DNA of 64,000 nucleotides from an uncultured bacterium (GCA_965371515.1 CBDUYR010000004.1:1-64000), one strand, 5' to 3'. Positions 19,182 through 29,272 are shown, counted from the first letter of the stretch. Translations and numbers: made by a program. Notes: generated by a model from the sequence alone, not told the origin.

Positions 19182-21266
19182 ATGAGACACAGGACAATTA
19201 CCCTCTCAATATCGATGCTGCTGACGGCTGCCCTTATGACGGGCTGCGGCGGTAAGAAAACGATGTACGACTCCCTCTATTCCGAGCTGTCCGAGGACAT
19301 CTCCGCTTCCGATCCCTCGGTCCTCTCGGAGCGCAGGATAGTAATCGATCCCGGTCACGGCGGGGAGTACGACGGTGCGATGGGAGCCGACAGCCTCAGC
19401 GAGGCCGAGGTCAACCTCGGCGTCGCCCTCTATCTGTGGGGCCTGCTCAGGGAGGCGGGCGCAGAGGTCCACATGACCAGGTCGACCGACAGGGATTTCC
19501 TGCCCGAAGGCGCGGCGGAATCCGGGACCGGTCTCGCCGCGCTGCTCAGGGATGACCTTGCCGCCCGGATCGAGAGAGCGAACGAATTCGAACCGGAGGT
19601 CTTCATCTCGATCCACCACAACTCGAACATCGCCCTGGACCGTGAGAGAAACGCCGTCGAGATCTATTACAAGGGTTCCGACCACGGCGCATCCCTCGAG
19701 CTCGCTACCGATATACATACTCATCTGGCTAGAAACCTCGGTATTACCGCTACCGCCATCAGACCGGGAAATTATTATGTTCTGCGCAACTCGAAGGCCG
19801 GGGCCGCGATACTGGGTGAGGCAAGCTACATCTCGAATCCCGCCGTCGAGGATAAACTGAAGCTCTCGGCAAAGCAGAAGCTCGAGGCCGAGGCATACTA
19901 CCTCGGCCTGATAAAATATTTTTCCGGGGGCGTCCCCGTTATCGCGATGGCGGAGCCTGGAACGGACACGCTCACCGTTCCCGGAAAACTCGAGTTCACC
20001 GTCGTACCCGGCGCGGGCATCCCGATCGATCCCGCCTCGCCCGAAGCCAGGATCAACGGCAGGAGGGTCGACTGCTTCCAGCCGTCGGCCGGCGAAAGGC
20101 CATTCTGCCTCATGCCTTCCTCCATGCCTAACGGAACCTTCACGATCTCCTTCTCAACGAGGAGCGTGAGGGGAGCCACTGCGACCTACGGCCCGAAAGA
20201 GATGCTGCTCGACCGTCCGGCGAGGTTCTTCCTGCCGATGGACCCTCTCCCCGACGGTAAGGGGCGGATAGTGTTGAGAGTGCTCGTGCTCGATTCGGGG
20301 GGCCGCCCTGTCGCCGACGGAAAGACGGTCACGATGAAAGCGGCCGTTAAAAAAGGTGGCAGTTCCGTGCGTACGAGAAAAGGTATTGCCTTATTCGTTC
20401 GCGACAGCGCCGGCGGCAGACATGTCGTCTCATCCGGCACCTCCGTCGATACCCTGGCCTTCGCCTGGGACGGACCTTTGACCGAGGTACTGACCCTGGC
20501 CCTGGACGGCCTGACCGGCAGGCCTGTTCAACGAGCCGTTCTCCGCTGCGCGGACGGGGAAACGGCAGCGGGCGACCGGAAGGGCGCCATCAGATCGGCG
20601 ACGGTTGACACGGCAGGAGCTGTCATCTACGCGTCGGGATACCATCCGGCGCCCCTCGAACGCATGGTCGAGGGCGGGAAGGTCCCGGTCACGAAGATGA
20701 CTCCTATCTTCGGAGGAGTCCTGCACGGAAAGAGGATAGTCATCGATCCCGCCGGGGGCGGAACTGACGACGCGGGCAGGGGAGCCGCCGCGCTGCGCGG
20801 TGCTACTGTCAACATGCGCCTTGCGAGGGAGCTCGAAAACAGACTCACGGCGGCCGGCGCCTCGGTGCTGGTGACGAGAAACGGAGAAGAACATCTGTCG
20901 GACGAGCAACGGATATTCAGGGTGAACAGATTCGGAGCCGACCTGGCGATCAGTGTGAGATTCGGCGGCGCGTTGGAACCGGGAGACGGATGCCTCGTCT
21001 ATCACTATCCCGGCAGCGTCGCAGGAACGGCAGTCGCCGACAGCCTCGTCTCGAACCTTGCGGGAACGCCGCCGTGCGAAGAGGTGGAAGTCGTCGAATC
21101 GGTCGAGCTTTTCCTTCAGCAGACGAACTGTCCGGCTATTGTGATCTCGGGAGGATCCCTTTCCGACGACGACACGGAGAACATCCTCGGATCCTTCCGC
21201 TGGACCGGGCTCGAAGCAGAAGCGATATTGCTGTCTCTGCTCGTATACTTCGGCGCGGAAGACTGA
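19182..21266 (+). CDS. N-acetylmuramoyl-L-alanine amidase lipoprotein with two Amidase_3 domains (second degenerate)
   Basis: Lipobox MTG-C; IVIDPGHGG, EAEVN, SIHHN, GEASYISN; second domain begins IVIDPAGGG. Confidence 0.88.
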   Translation: MRHRTITLSISMLLTAALMTGCGGKKTMYDSLYSELSEDISASDPSVLSERRIVIDPGHGGEYDGAMGADSLSEAEVNLGVALYLWGLLREAGAEVHMTRSTDRDFLPEGAAESGTGLAALLRDDLAARIERANEFEPEVFISIHHNSNIALDRERNAVEIYYKGSDHGASLELATDIHTHLARNLGITATAIRPGNYYVLRNSKAGAAILGEASYISNPAVEDKLKLSAKQKLEAEAYYLGLIKYFSGGVPVIAMAEPGTDTLTVPGKLEFTVVPGAGIPIDPASPEARINGRRVDCFQPSAGERPFCLMPSSMPNGTFTISFSTRSVRGATATYGPKEMLLDRPARFFLPMDPLPDGKGRIVLRVLVLDSGGRPVADGKTVTMKAAVKKGGSSVRTRKGIALFVRDSAGGRHVVSSGTSVDTLAFAWDGPLTEVLTLALDGLTGRPVQRAVLRCADGETAAGDRKGAIRSATVDTAGAVIYASGYHPAPLERMVEGGKVPVTKMTPIFGGVLHGKRIVIDPAGGGTDDAGRGAAALRGATVNMRLARELENRLTAAGASVLVTRNGEEHLSDEQRIFRVNRFGADLAISVRFGGALEPGDGCLVYHYPGSVAGTAVADSLVSNLAGTPPCEEVEVVESVELFLQQTNCPAIVISGGSLSDDDTENILGSFRWTGLEAEAILLSLLVYFGAED

Positions 21267-21341
21267 TCTCCAGGAGATCGTTCACTCCCTGCCCGTCCTT
21301 GACCTTCTTCCCTGTCATTGCGATATTAAACGGGAACGGCC

Positions 21342-22007
21342 ATGACTGAGAAAATAACGGAATACGACCGCCGGCGGAGGAAGAGGGTAGTCTACCTTCT
21401 GCCCATTGTTTTGCTTCTCCTCGTCATCCTCGGTATAAGCCTCGAAAAAGCGAGAGTTGTCGACAGGATATTCAGTGTGGGATACGAGGGCCCGATGCAG
21501 ATCCTCCCCGAGATAACGATCCTCGACGATTCGGGGATCGAGGCCGAGGTGTTCGAAAAGGAGAGGCATGACATGGTCGCGCGCGATGTGGAGGTATACA
21601 GCGAGGAGATAGAGGACGAGGACGACGAGGCGGAGACTTCACTCTCTCCCATAGAGGATCCCGAAGAACCGATATACGACGACTTCGAGGGGAGCGACGC
21701 CATCCGCACATACGAGTCTCACGCCCCCATAGCGTACCGGGAAGACTACGTCATAACAAAGATGATCGAGCCGATCTATCCGCCCGAGGCGATGATCAGC
21801 GGCCGCGAGGGATACGTCCTCGTCGAGGTCTACATAAACAGCAAGGGATTCGTGCAGGAGGCCTGGGTCAGGAAGATCAAGGGAGACGAGAGTTTCGAGG
21901 CTGCCACCCTCGACGCCGTAAAGCAGTTCGAATTCAGGCCGATAATGGACAGGGGAAAGCCGATATCGTTCTGGCTGAGTTTTCTGGTGAGGTTCGAGCT
22001 GAACTAG
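21342..22007 (+). CDS. TonB-family energy transducer
   Basis: N-terminal TM, acidic linker, TonB_C (PIYPPEA..GREGYVLVEVYI..AVKQFEFRP). Confidence 0.8.
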   Translation: MTEKITEYDRRRRKRVVYLLPIVLLLLVILGISLEKARVVDRIFSVGYEGPMQILPEITILDDSGIEAEVFEKERHDMVARDVEVYSEEIEDEDDEAETSLSPIEDPEEPIYDDFEGSDAIRTYESHAPIAYREDYVITKMIEPIYPPEAMISGREGYVLVEVYINSKGFVQEAWVRKIKGDESFEAATLDAVKQFEFRPIMDRGKPISFWLSFLVRFELN

Positions 22008-22012
22008 CCCGG

Positions 22013-23746
22013 TCAGCGGCGCGGAGCGGAAACGGTCACATACTCCTCCACCCTCTCTTTTCTCACGATGTTGAACCTGATCCCGTCGCCCGATATCAGC
22101 TCGACAAAGCTGTGCCGCCTGTCGCTGAGCATCCGTTCCATCTCGTCTCGCAGGGACGATCCGGAAGCCGACGCCGCCGCCATCGCTTCCATCATCTTTC
22201 TCACACCGTCGTATCCCCCCGTGACGAACCTGTTGACGTCCCTTCCCTCGTACCCCGTCAGCGCCGCTGCGGCGAGATATCTCTCCTCGATCGAATCCGA
22301 GACGTCCTCCGAAGGAAATACCGCTCCCTCCATGTCGCGGCCCGCCATCCTGAGGAGCTTTCTGGAGTTCCACGACGAGGTGCCGAGAAGCTGGACGCCG
22401 AACTCGTAGAAGGAGAGCTGCGGCAGGATCAGGACGAGATCCTCCGTGTTGGACGGTATGAAGAGCGCCTCCGGAACAGCCTTCCTGATCCGTTCTATGT
22501 TCAGTTTGAAATCGGTGCTGCCCTGCTCATAGAAATCCTCCGCGCAGAGAGTCCCTCCGAGACCTTCGACTTCCCGCCTGAAGAGCTCGGCCAGAAAACG
22601 CCATCTCTGCGAGTCCTCGGCCATGAAAGCGATCCGCCGGAGTCCCATCTCCAGGCAGGCCACCCTTGCAAGAGCGGCGATCTCCATCTCGTAGTCCTGT
22701 GAGCTCTGGAATATGTATCCGCCTATCCCGGCGATCCCTTCCTCCGATGCCACGGGTGAATAGAGCACCGTCCCCGCATGCTGTGCTGTCTGCGCCACAA
22801 CGATCGTCGTCGAACTGAGGACACCCCCCACGAGAGCGTCGACGCTCTCATCCTCGATCAGTACAATAGCGGACTTCCTCGCCTCCAGGGCATTCGATCG
22901 CGTATCTCCTACGACCAGCTCCACGCCGGTCACACCGAATTCACGCGCCTCCCGGATTGCCACCGCCGCCCCGCGCAGGAATTCCTTTCCAAGCGGAGCG
23001 AATCTGCCGCTCAGCGGGCAGATGAGGCCAATCGAGCCCGATGCCTTGCCTGCGCCCGCATCCCTCGGCCTTACAGCGGCGGGCGTGACGGTCCTTCCCG
23101 GGATCGGCGCAATCGCCATCTCCATAGTGTCGAGGGCAGCGATGTGTGCCCGGATCTCTCTCACCGATGCGGTGTCTCCCTCGGCCTCGACTATCAGAAG
23201 GGAACCTTCCCAGACAAGCTCGATTCCGGGAGCCGCCGGGAAGGCTTCCTGGAGATCGGCAAGCTGATGGGCCGAGAGGAGTGGAACCAGCTGCGACAGG
23301 CCCTCCCTGGCCTGACCGCTGACAGAGGGATCGAGGACCATAGCCGTCATCAATCTTCCTGCCGCATCGGAGAATCTCCCCTTATCCCTGTCGATCCCCG
23401 CCAGGAGGATGTTCACCTCGGCCGCGGTCTCCGCTCCGGCCTCGGGTGAGGTGAGAGGCATCAGGATCTCCGATGCATCCTCGAGGAATCCGAGCTTGAG
23501 GCTTGCCTTTCCCGTCTCGAGCCTCACCTCGCCGGCGGCATCCGAGTCGGGGTACGTTTCAAGAAAAGGCTTTCCGGCCCTTCGAACGGCACGGTCGTCG
23601 CCATTCGCGACATACGCCCGCAGCTCTTCGAGCTGCTCGTCGTGTATCTGTCGAGGGGATGATCCCGTCTCGAACGACGCTTTCTTCGTGGCGCATGATA
23701 CGAGGATCAGCAGGAGCAGTACCGGTATGAGTATCTTTGTCTTCAT
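22013..23746 (-). CDS. LpoA/LppC-like lipoprotein (TPR-like N-terminus plus type I periplasmic-binding fold)
   Basis: Lipobox LVS-C; IGLICPLSGRFAPLG; LLGTSSWN. Confidence 0.7.
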   Translation of the reverse strand: MKTKILIPVLLLLILVSCATKKASFETGSSPRQIHDEQLEELRAYVANGDDRAVRRAGKPFLETYPDSDAAGEVRLETGKASLKLGFLEDASEILMPLTSPEAGAETAAEVNILLAGIDRDKGRFSDAAGRLMTAMVLDPSVSGQAREGLSQLVPLLSAHQLADLQEAFPAAPGIELVWEGSLLIVEAEGDTASVREIRAHIAALDTMEMAIAPIPGRTVTPAAVRPRDAGAGKASGSIGLICPLSGRFAPLGKEFLRGAAVAIREAREFGVTGVELVVGDTRSNALEARKSAIVLIEDESVDALVGGVLSSTTIVVAQTAQHAGTVLYSPVASEEGIAGIGGYIFQSSQDYEMEIAALARVACLEMGLRRIAFMAEDSQRWRFLAELFRREVEGLGGTLCAEDFYEQGSTDFKLNIERIRKAVPEALFIPSNTEDLVLILPQLSFYEFGVQLLGTSSWNSRKLLRMAGRDMEGAVFPSEDVSDSIEERYLAAAALTGYEGRDVNRFVTGGYDGVRKMMEAMAAASASGSSLRDEMERMLSDRRHSFVELISGDGIRFNIVRKERVEEYVTVSAPRR

Positions 23747-24282
23747 CGTTTCTTCGCCGGCAGATCGAAGGTCCCTTTGCCGAGAAAGGACAGCGCGAGC
23801 TCGTGGTACTCCATCGACTGGGCGGTCAGCTTCTCGATGGCCTCGTCGTCGACCTGCCTTCGCACCTTTCCCGGCACTCCGGCCACGAGCGACCCCGGCG
23901 GGATATCGGTACCATTTAGTACCACCGCGTTGGCGGCGATCATACTCCCTTTTCCTATCCTGGCGCCATCAAGAATTACGGCTCCCATGCCGATGAGCGA
24001 TCCGTCCTCCACCGTGCAGGAATGGAGGATCGCCCCATGCCCGATTGTCACGTTGTCGCCGACAACAAGCTCGGGGCCACCGGTCGTGCAGTGACAGACA
24101 CAGGCATCCTGAATGTTCGAGTACCTTCCTATGGTGATCGTCCAGCAGTCGCCCCTGACAACCGCTCCATGCCATACGCTCGATCCATCGCCGATTGTGA
24201 CGTCGCCGATCACGCTGGCCGTCGGCGCGATGTAGACGCTCCGCCCGATAACAGGCGACATGCCCTGGAATTCCTCTATCAA
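23743..24282 (-). CDS. Gamma carbonic anhydrase family protein
   Basis: Hexapeptide repeats; RGD, NIQD, H..GHGAILH. Confidence 0.9.
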   Translation of the reverse strand: MIEEFQGMSPVIGRSVYIAPTASVIGDVTIGDGSSVWHGAVVRGDCWTITIGRYSNIQDACVCHCTTGGPELVVGDNVTIGHGAILHSCTVEDGSLIGMGAVILDGARIGKGSMIAANAVVLNGTDIPPGSLVAGVPGKVRRQVDDEAIEKLTAQSMEYHELALSFLGKGTFDLPAKKR

Positions 24283-24302
24283 GACTTTCCTTCCCCGCCC
24301 TT

Positions 24303-24782
24303 TCAGGCCTCCTCGAACTCCCCGGGATCGATCTCCTCGAGGCCTTCGCGGCCGCTGTCGCCGTCGGCTTTCCCGATCTGCAGGTTTCTCTTGTATTTCT
24401 CGAACAGCTCTTCCTCGATCCGGATCACCGATCCCGATCTCAGGGCCAGCGCTATCGCGTCACTCGGCCGCGCGTCGATGTAGAACAGCTCCTCGCCCCG
24501 GCCAAGGACGATCCTCGCGAAATAGGTATCCTCGTGTATGCCTGTTATCTCGATCTCCTTTACCTCGCCTCCGAGTTCCTCGACGACGAGCTTCAGCAGA
24601 TCATGCGTCATCGGTCGTTCGAACGTCTTACCCGCGAGGACCGTGTATATTGCAGTAGCCTCCGCAGCGCCGATCCAGATCGGCAGGACTTCCTCGCCCC
24701 CCTCCGACTTGATCAGGGCTACAGGGAATTCCCTCTCACGATCGAGTGCGATCCCGCTGACATATACTTCTTTCATATCCAC
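24303..24782 (-). CDS. Bifunctional nuclease family protein (DUF151)
   Basis: LPIWIG, RPMTHDL, IDARPSDAIALA. Confidence 0.92.
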   Translation of the reverse strand: MDMKEVYVSGIALDREREFPVALIKSEGGEEVLPIWIGAAEATAIYTVLAGKTFERPMTHDLLKLVVEELGGEVKEIEITGIHEDTYFARIVLGRGEELFYIDARPSDAIALALRSGSVIRIEEELFEKYKRNLQIGKADGDSGREGLEEIDPGEFEEA

Positions 24783-24786
24783 AGTG

Positions 24787-25989
24787 TCAGTCCTGGCCTT
24801 CCTCCATCCGCTCCTTCATGTCATCGACCGACTCGAATTTCGGGTGCGGCTTATTGAGGTTCTCTATCATCCACTTCGCCGACTCGGCGACTTCCGAATC
24901 GGGGTACTTCTTGAGCAGCTCGTCGAAGACCCTTCTCGCCTGAACGAGATCCATGACCTCCTCGGCATACACGAAACCGATCATGAAGAGCGCCTGTGGT
25001 GCATATTTGTGCTCGGGATACTTGTTCACGATATTCCTGTAGTACTGGATCCTCGTGAAATTGGCATCCTCTTCCTGGGCGATCTCCCACAGTTCCTCGG
25101 GAGACCGTGTCGTCTTGATGAAGTCTTCCCTGACAAAGTTGACGGGCTCGTACTCTTTCCTGAGCCTGTAGAGCTCCTGCTCGAGGTTGGCCTTGGCCTT
25201 GCTGCCGCGGAGCTGGTCGAGAATATCCTTTCTGACTTCTGACAGCGGTTTGAGGTTCTCCGGCTTCTTGTCATTGATCTTGACGAGCGAATATCCCTTT
25301 TCAGTGACAACAACATCGCTCACCTCGCTGAGCTCGAGATTCCTCACCTGCTCGGAGAACTCCTTTGACTCCCCGTAGAACTTGATGTATCCGCCGGGAT
25401 TGAAATACCCGAGGTTGCCGTTGCTGGGTGCGGTCGTACGGTCCTCGCTCTCATATTTGGCGATCTTGTTGAACTTCTCGCCGTCGTCGATACGCTTCTT
25501 CCATTCGACGACTTTCATGCTGTCCTTGGAGAAGGCATGCTGAGCCTTGATGATCGCCCTGTTCATGAACTCTTCCCAGTGGTCGTTGTAATATTTCTCG
25601 ATCTCCTCGTCGGTCACTTCGACCTTCTGCCTGATCATTTTGTCGTAATAGGCGGTGATCATGATGTTTTTTCCCGCCTGCATGATCTGTTTCTTTACAT
25701 CTTCGTCGTACTTGAGATCAGTCTTCTCAGCAGCGAGATAGAGAAGCTCCTCGTTAATCAGAGCGTCCACGAATTTCGCGCGGCCATCCTTGCCCTTGTA
25801 CTGCGCCCTGATCTGCGGGGACATCGACTCGAACCTGTCGTCGATCTCCTTCGTAGTGATCTTCGAATTGCCTACCCTCGCGTCCAGGCCCTGGTTGACC
25901 TCGAACTTCTCGCCCTTCTCGGAGCAAGAAACCAGGCCCGCTGCGATCATCATCGCTATCGCTGCAAAAAACATGATCCTCTTCGACAT
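24787..25989 (-). CDS. Parvulin/PpiC-type peptidyl-prolyl isomerase lipoprotein with C-terminal TPR domain
   Basis: Lipobox LVS-C; FNKIAKYESED..NGNLGYF; YPEHKYAPQALFMIG TPR; GGAGG SD before ATG 25989. Confidence 0.8.
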   Translation of the reverse strand: MSKRIMFFAAIAMMIAAGLVSCSEKGEKFEVNQGLDARVGNSKITTKEIDDRFESMSPQIRAQYKGKDGRAKFVDALINEELLYLAAEKTDLKYDEDVKKQIMQAGKNIMITAYYDKMIRQKVEVTDEEIEKYYNDHWEEFMNRAIIKAQHAFSKDSMKVVEWKKRIDDGEKFNKIAKYESEDRTTAPSNGNLGYFNPGGYIKFYGESKEFSEQVRNLELSEVSDVVVTEKGYSLVKINDKKPENLKPLSEVRKDILDQLRGSKAKANLEQELYRLRKEYEPVNFVREDFIKTTRSPEELWEIAQEEDANFTRIQYYRNIVNKYPEHKYAPQALFMIGFVYAEEVMDLVQARRVFDELLKKYPDSEVAESAKWMIENLNKPHPKFESVDDMKERMEEGQD

Positions 25990-26014
25990 CGGTTCCTCCT
26001 TCGTTCGGCAGACC

Positions 26015-27103
26015 TTACAGGTGCTCTTTCCTTCCCTTTTCTTCCATTCTATCCAGGATCTCGCGGACCTTCTGGCTTTCGCCCTTTCTGCAGACAAGGA
26101 CCCGCCCGCCGCTGACCGCCACGATGACGTCATCGACGCCTATCATCGCGGTGAAGCCGTCGGGATTGTAGATGATGTTATTTTTCGAATCGACGAGTTC
26201 CATCTCTCCCGCCCCGGTATTGCCGGCGGCGTCCTTCGGCAGGATCTCTTCCAGAGCATCCCACGAGCCGACGTCGCTCCACCCGAAGGATACGGGCACG
26301 ACGACCACGTTGTCGGCCTTCTCCAGGATCCCGAAGTCGACCGAGATGGAAGGCATGGTACCATAGTGTTCCCTGGCGTATTCGTCGAATCGGCCTTCCG
26401 CTCCGGCGGTCTCGAATCCGCGCAGGAGCTCGCTCCCCTCCGGAAAATACCTGTCCCACGCCTCGATGAAAACCGATGGCCTCCAGACGAAGATCCCGCT
26501 GTTCCAGTAATAGTTTCCGCTTTCCAGGTAGCGTAGAGCCGTCTCGTGATCAGGCTTTTCATGGAATCTCTTCACTTCAACGGGTATGGACGTCCCTCCG
26601 TCAGGTGCCGGACCCGCAGTCTCTATATATCCGTATCCTGTAGCAGGAGCGGCAGGTTCGATTCCGAATGTTACGAGGATATCCCTGTTTTGTGCGGCAT
26701 CCGCTGCAATACGTACGGCCGACTGGAATCCTGCCTCATCAGTGATCAGATGATCGGAAGGACAGCACAGGACCGGATCATCGCCCCCTCTCGCACGTAC
26801 CATGATCGCGGCAGCGGCAAGTGACGGAGCGGTATTGCGGGAGACCGGTTCGGCGAACAGATTTTCGACGGGGAGTTCCGGGAGGTCATGCCTGACCGCG
26901 TCGGCCTGATCGGCAGCCGTCAGCAGGAGTATCCGTTCCGCAGGGAGAAATGAGCGCATACGCTTCCATGTAAGGGCAAGCATGCTGCCATCTCCCGTGA
27001 CATCGAGGAACTGCTTCGGCCTCCCCGCCGTGCTGGCCGGCCAGAGCCTCTTTCCTTTTCCTCCTGCGAGAATCGCTGCGTACACGGGCCACCCCCTGTT
27101 CAC
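26015..27103 (-). CDS. manC: Mannose-1-phosphate guanylyltransferase
   Basis: ILAGGKGKRLWP..PKQF, EPVSRNTA, TGYGYI, FHEKPD, WNSG, GWSDVGSW. Confidence 0.92.
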   Translation of the reverse strand: MNRGWPVYAAILAGGKGKRLWPASTAGRPKQFLDVTGDGSMLALTWKRMRSFLPAERILLLTAADQADAVRHDLPELPVENLFAEPVSRNTAPSLAAAAIMVRARGGDDPVLCCPSDHLITDEAGFQSAVRIAADAAQNRDILVTFGIEPAAPATGYGYIETAGPAPDGGTSIPVEVKRFHEKPDHETALRYLESGNYYWNSGIFVWRPSVFIEAWDRYFPEGSELLRGFETAGAEGRFDEYAREHYGTMPSISVDFGILEKADNVVVVPVSFGWSDVGSWDALEEILPKDAAGNTGAGEMELVDSKNNIIYNPDGFTAMIGVDDVIVAVSGGRVLVCRKGESQKVREILDRMEEKGRKEHL

Positions 27104-27122
27104 TGCCCGCTCGAGGGGTGCT

Positions 27123-28496
27123 TTAATCAGAGTACAGTCCGGAAACGTCTATGTGGTCTTTCAGCGCGTCGGCGAAGGCCCTGCGTATCTCCTCGAGAGA
27201 TTCCTTGTCATCCGCTTCGAATCTGAGAACGAGCACGGGCTGTGTGTTCGAGGCCCTGAGCAGCCCCCAGCCCTTCTCGAAATCGACCCTGGCGCCGTCG
27301 ACATCGTTTACCTTGTTGGTCTTTTTGAAATGGTCGGTGACCTGGCTGACAACTTCGAACTTCTTTTCGTCCGCGCACTCGACCCTTATCTCAGGCGTGT
27401 TCTCGTATTTCGGATAGTCGGCAAGCATCTCGCTGATGCTCAAGTCGCTCTTCGAGACGATCTCCAGTATCCTGCACGCAGCGTATATCGCGTCGTCAAA
27501 CCCGAAGTACCTGTCGGCGAAAAACTGGTGCCCGCTCATCTCGCCGGCGAGCGGTGCGTTTTCATCGCGCATCTTCTTCTTGATGAGTGAATGTCCCGTC
27601 TTCCACATTATCGGCCTGCCACCGAGTTTCTCGATCTCCTCGGGGAGAGCCTTCGAGCACTTTACCTCGAAGATTACCGCGGAGCCCGGGTTGTCGGCGA
27701 GAACGTCCCTCGCATACAGGGCAAGAAGGGTATCACCCCAGATGATCTCGCCCTTCTCGTCGATCACGCCGATCCTGTCGGAGTCGCCGTCGAAACCTAT
27801 TCCTAGCTCCAGTCCATCGTCGAGGACGGCCTTTCTCAAGTCGACGAGATTCTTCGCGACAGTAGGGTCGGGGTGGTGGTTGGGGAAGTTCCCGTCGGGT
27901 TCCATGTAGAGAAGGACCGGATCGCACCCGAGCTTCCGGAAGAGTTCCGGCGCAGCGAGACCCGCAGTGGCGTTACCTCCGTCGGCGGCGAAACGCACCG
28001 GCCTCTCGAGATGTATGTTGTCGGAAAGGTAGTCGATGTACTCGGAAGTCACATCCTTCGCGGTCATCGTCCCCCTCTTCTCCACAGGGGATAGGCCGCC
28101 CTGGAGGGAGTGGAGCTCCATTATGTCCGCTCCGTAGATAGTACCCTCTCCTCGGAGAACCTTGAAGCCATTGAACTCGGCGGGATTGTGGCTCGCCGTG
28201 ATCATGACTCCGCCCTTTATCTCCCACTTCTTTGCGGCGAAATAGAATATGGGGGTCGGGACCACGCCGACATCAACGACGTCTATCCCGCCCGCCATGA
28301 GACCATCTGTAAGGGCCGCGAAGTATGAATCGCTGCTGAGTCTGACATCCCTGCCGACTACAGCGCGGGAAATCCCTTCGCGGGCGAAGGTGGAAGCTAT
28401 CGCCAGGCCCAGACCGTTCACACCTTCGTCTGTAAGGTCCACGTCGACGAGCCCGCGGATATCGTATTCCCTGAATATCTTTCCGGGCAGTTCGAT
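27123..28496 (-). CDS. manB: Phosphomannomutase/phosphoglucomutase (AlgC/ManB type); probable ATC start
   Basis: IFREYDIRG, TASHNP, FDGDSDR, GEMSGH; the conserved N-terminal motif lies upstream of the first canonical start (GTG 28442). Confidence 0.9.
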   Translation of the reverse strand: MELPGKIFREYDIRGLVDVDLTDEGVNGLGLAIASTFAREGISRAVVGRDVRLSSDSYFAALTDGLMAGGIDVVDVGVVPTPIFYFAAKKWEIKGGVMITASHNPAEFNGFKVLRGEGTIYGADIMELHSLQGGLSPVEKRGTMTAKDVTSEYIDYLSDNIHLERPVRFAADGGNATAGLAAPELFRKLGCDPVLLYMEPDGNFPNHHPDPTVAKNLVDLRKAVLDDGLELGIGFDGDSDRIGVIDEKGEIIWGDTLLALYARDVLADNPGSAVIFEVKCSKALPEEIEKLGGRPIMWKTGHSLIKKKMRDENAPLAGEMSGHQFFADRYFGFDDAIYAACRILEIVSKSDLSISEMLADYPKYENTPEIRVECADEKKFEVVSQVTDHFKKTNKVNDVDGARVDFEKGWGLLRASNTQPVLVLRFEADDKESLEEIRRAFADALKDHIDVSGLYSD

Positions 28497-28555
28497 GACC
28501 GGCCTCCCTTCGCTCCGATCGACACCCTGCGTATCGCCGGTATGGCGACCGAAGG

Positions 28556-28999
28556 TTACTCCTTGACGACCCAGACCTTGACCTGGATCTCGACTTCACT
28601 GTGAAGCCGGACAGGCACCGTATATACACCGAGAAGCTTGATGTGTTCCTCGAGCTTCACCATGTTGTGGTCGACCTTGAACCCCTGCTCGGTGATGGCA
28701 CGGGCGATGTCGTTCTCGCTGACCGAACCGTAGAGCTTGTCCTCTTCCCCGGCCTGTACCACGATCGTGACCGAGATTTCCTTCATCTTCTCCGCCGTCT
28801 CGAGGATGGTCCGCTTTTCCTTGTCGTCCCTGATGTCACGAAGCTTGTTCTCTTCGTTCATGACCTTCTTCATCGCCTTGGTGGCGGGAAGGGCCATTTT
28901 ATGCGGCAGAAGGTAGTTTCTCGCATAACCGGCCTTCACCTTGACGATATCGCCGCGAGCGCCGAGGCCCTCGACGGACTTGGTAAGAATGATCTCCAT
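28556..28999 (-). CDS. rplI: 50S ribosomal protein L9
   Basis: LGARGDIVKVKAGYARNYLLP; LYGSV. Confidence 0.97.
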   Translation of the reverse strand: MEIILTKSVEGLGARGDIVKVKAGYARNYLLPHKMALPATKAMKKVMNEENKLRDIRDDKEKRTILETAEKMKEISVTIVVQAGEEDKLYGSVSENDIARAITEQGFKVDHNMVKLEEHIKLLGVYTVPVRLHSEVEIQVKVWVVKE

Positions 29000-29011
29000 A
29001 TTCCTGTCTCC

Positions 29012-29272
29012 CTACCGGTAGTATATCTTCACGAACGGCAGAAGGGCGATAGCCCTCGCACGCTTGATGGCTTGTGCAAGCGCCCGCTGGTGCCTGGCGC
29101 ACGTGCCGGTGATCCTGCGCGGGGTTATCTTTCCCCTGTCCGTGACAAACCTTCTGAGAAGGGCCTCGTTCTTGTAATTGATCGTCAACTTGTCCGCGCA
29201 GAACCTGCACGGCTTGTTGGTGGTTCTCTTCTCTTTTTTCTTCTTCTTTCCCCTGGATGACGTCTTCGGCAT
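29012..29272 (-). CDS. rpsR: 30S ribosomal protein S18 (Zn-binding CxxC form)
   Basis: [26 protein letters not shown]. Confidence 0.97.
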   Translation of the reverse strand: MPKTSSRGKKKKKEKRTTNKPCRFCADKLTINYKNEALLRRFVTDRGKITPRRITGTCARHQRALAQAIKRARAIALLPFVKIYYR

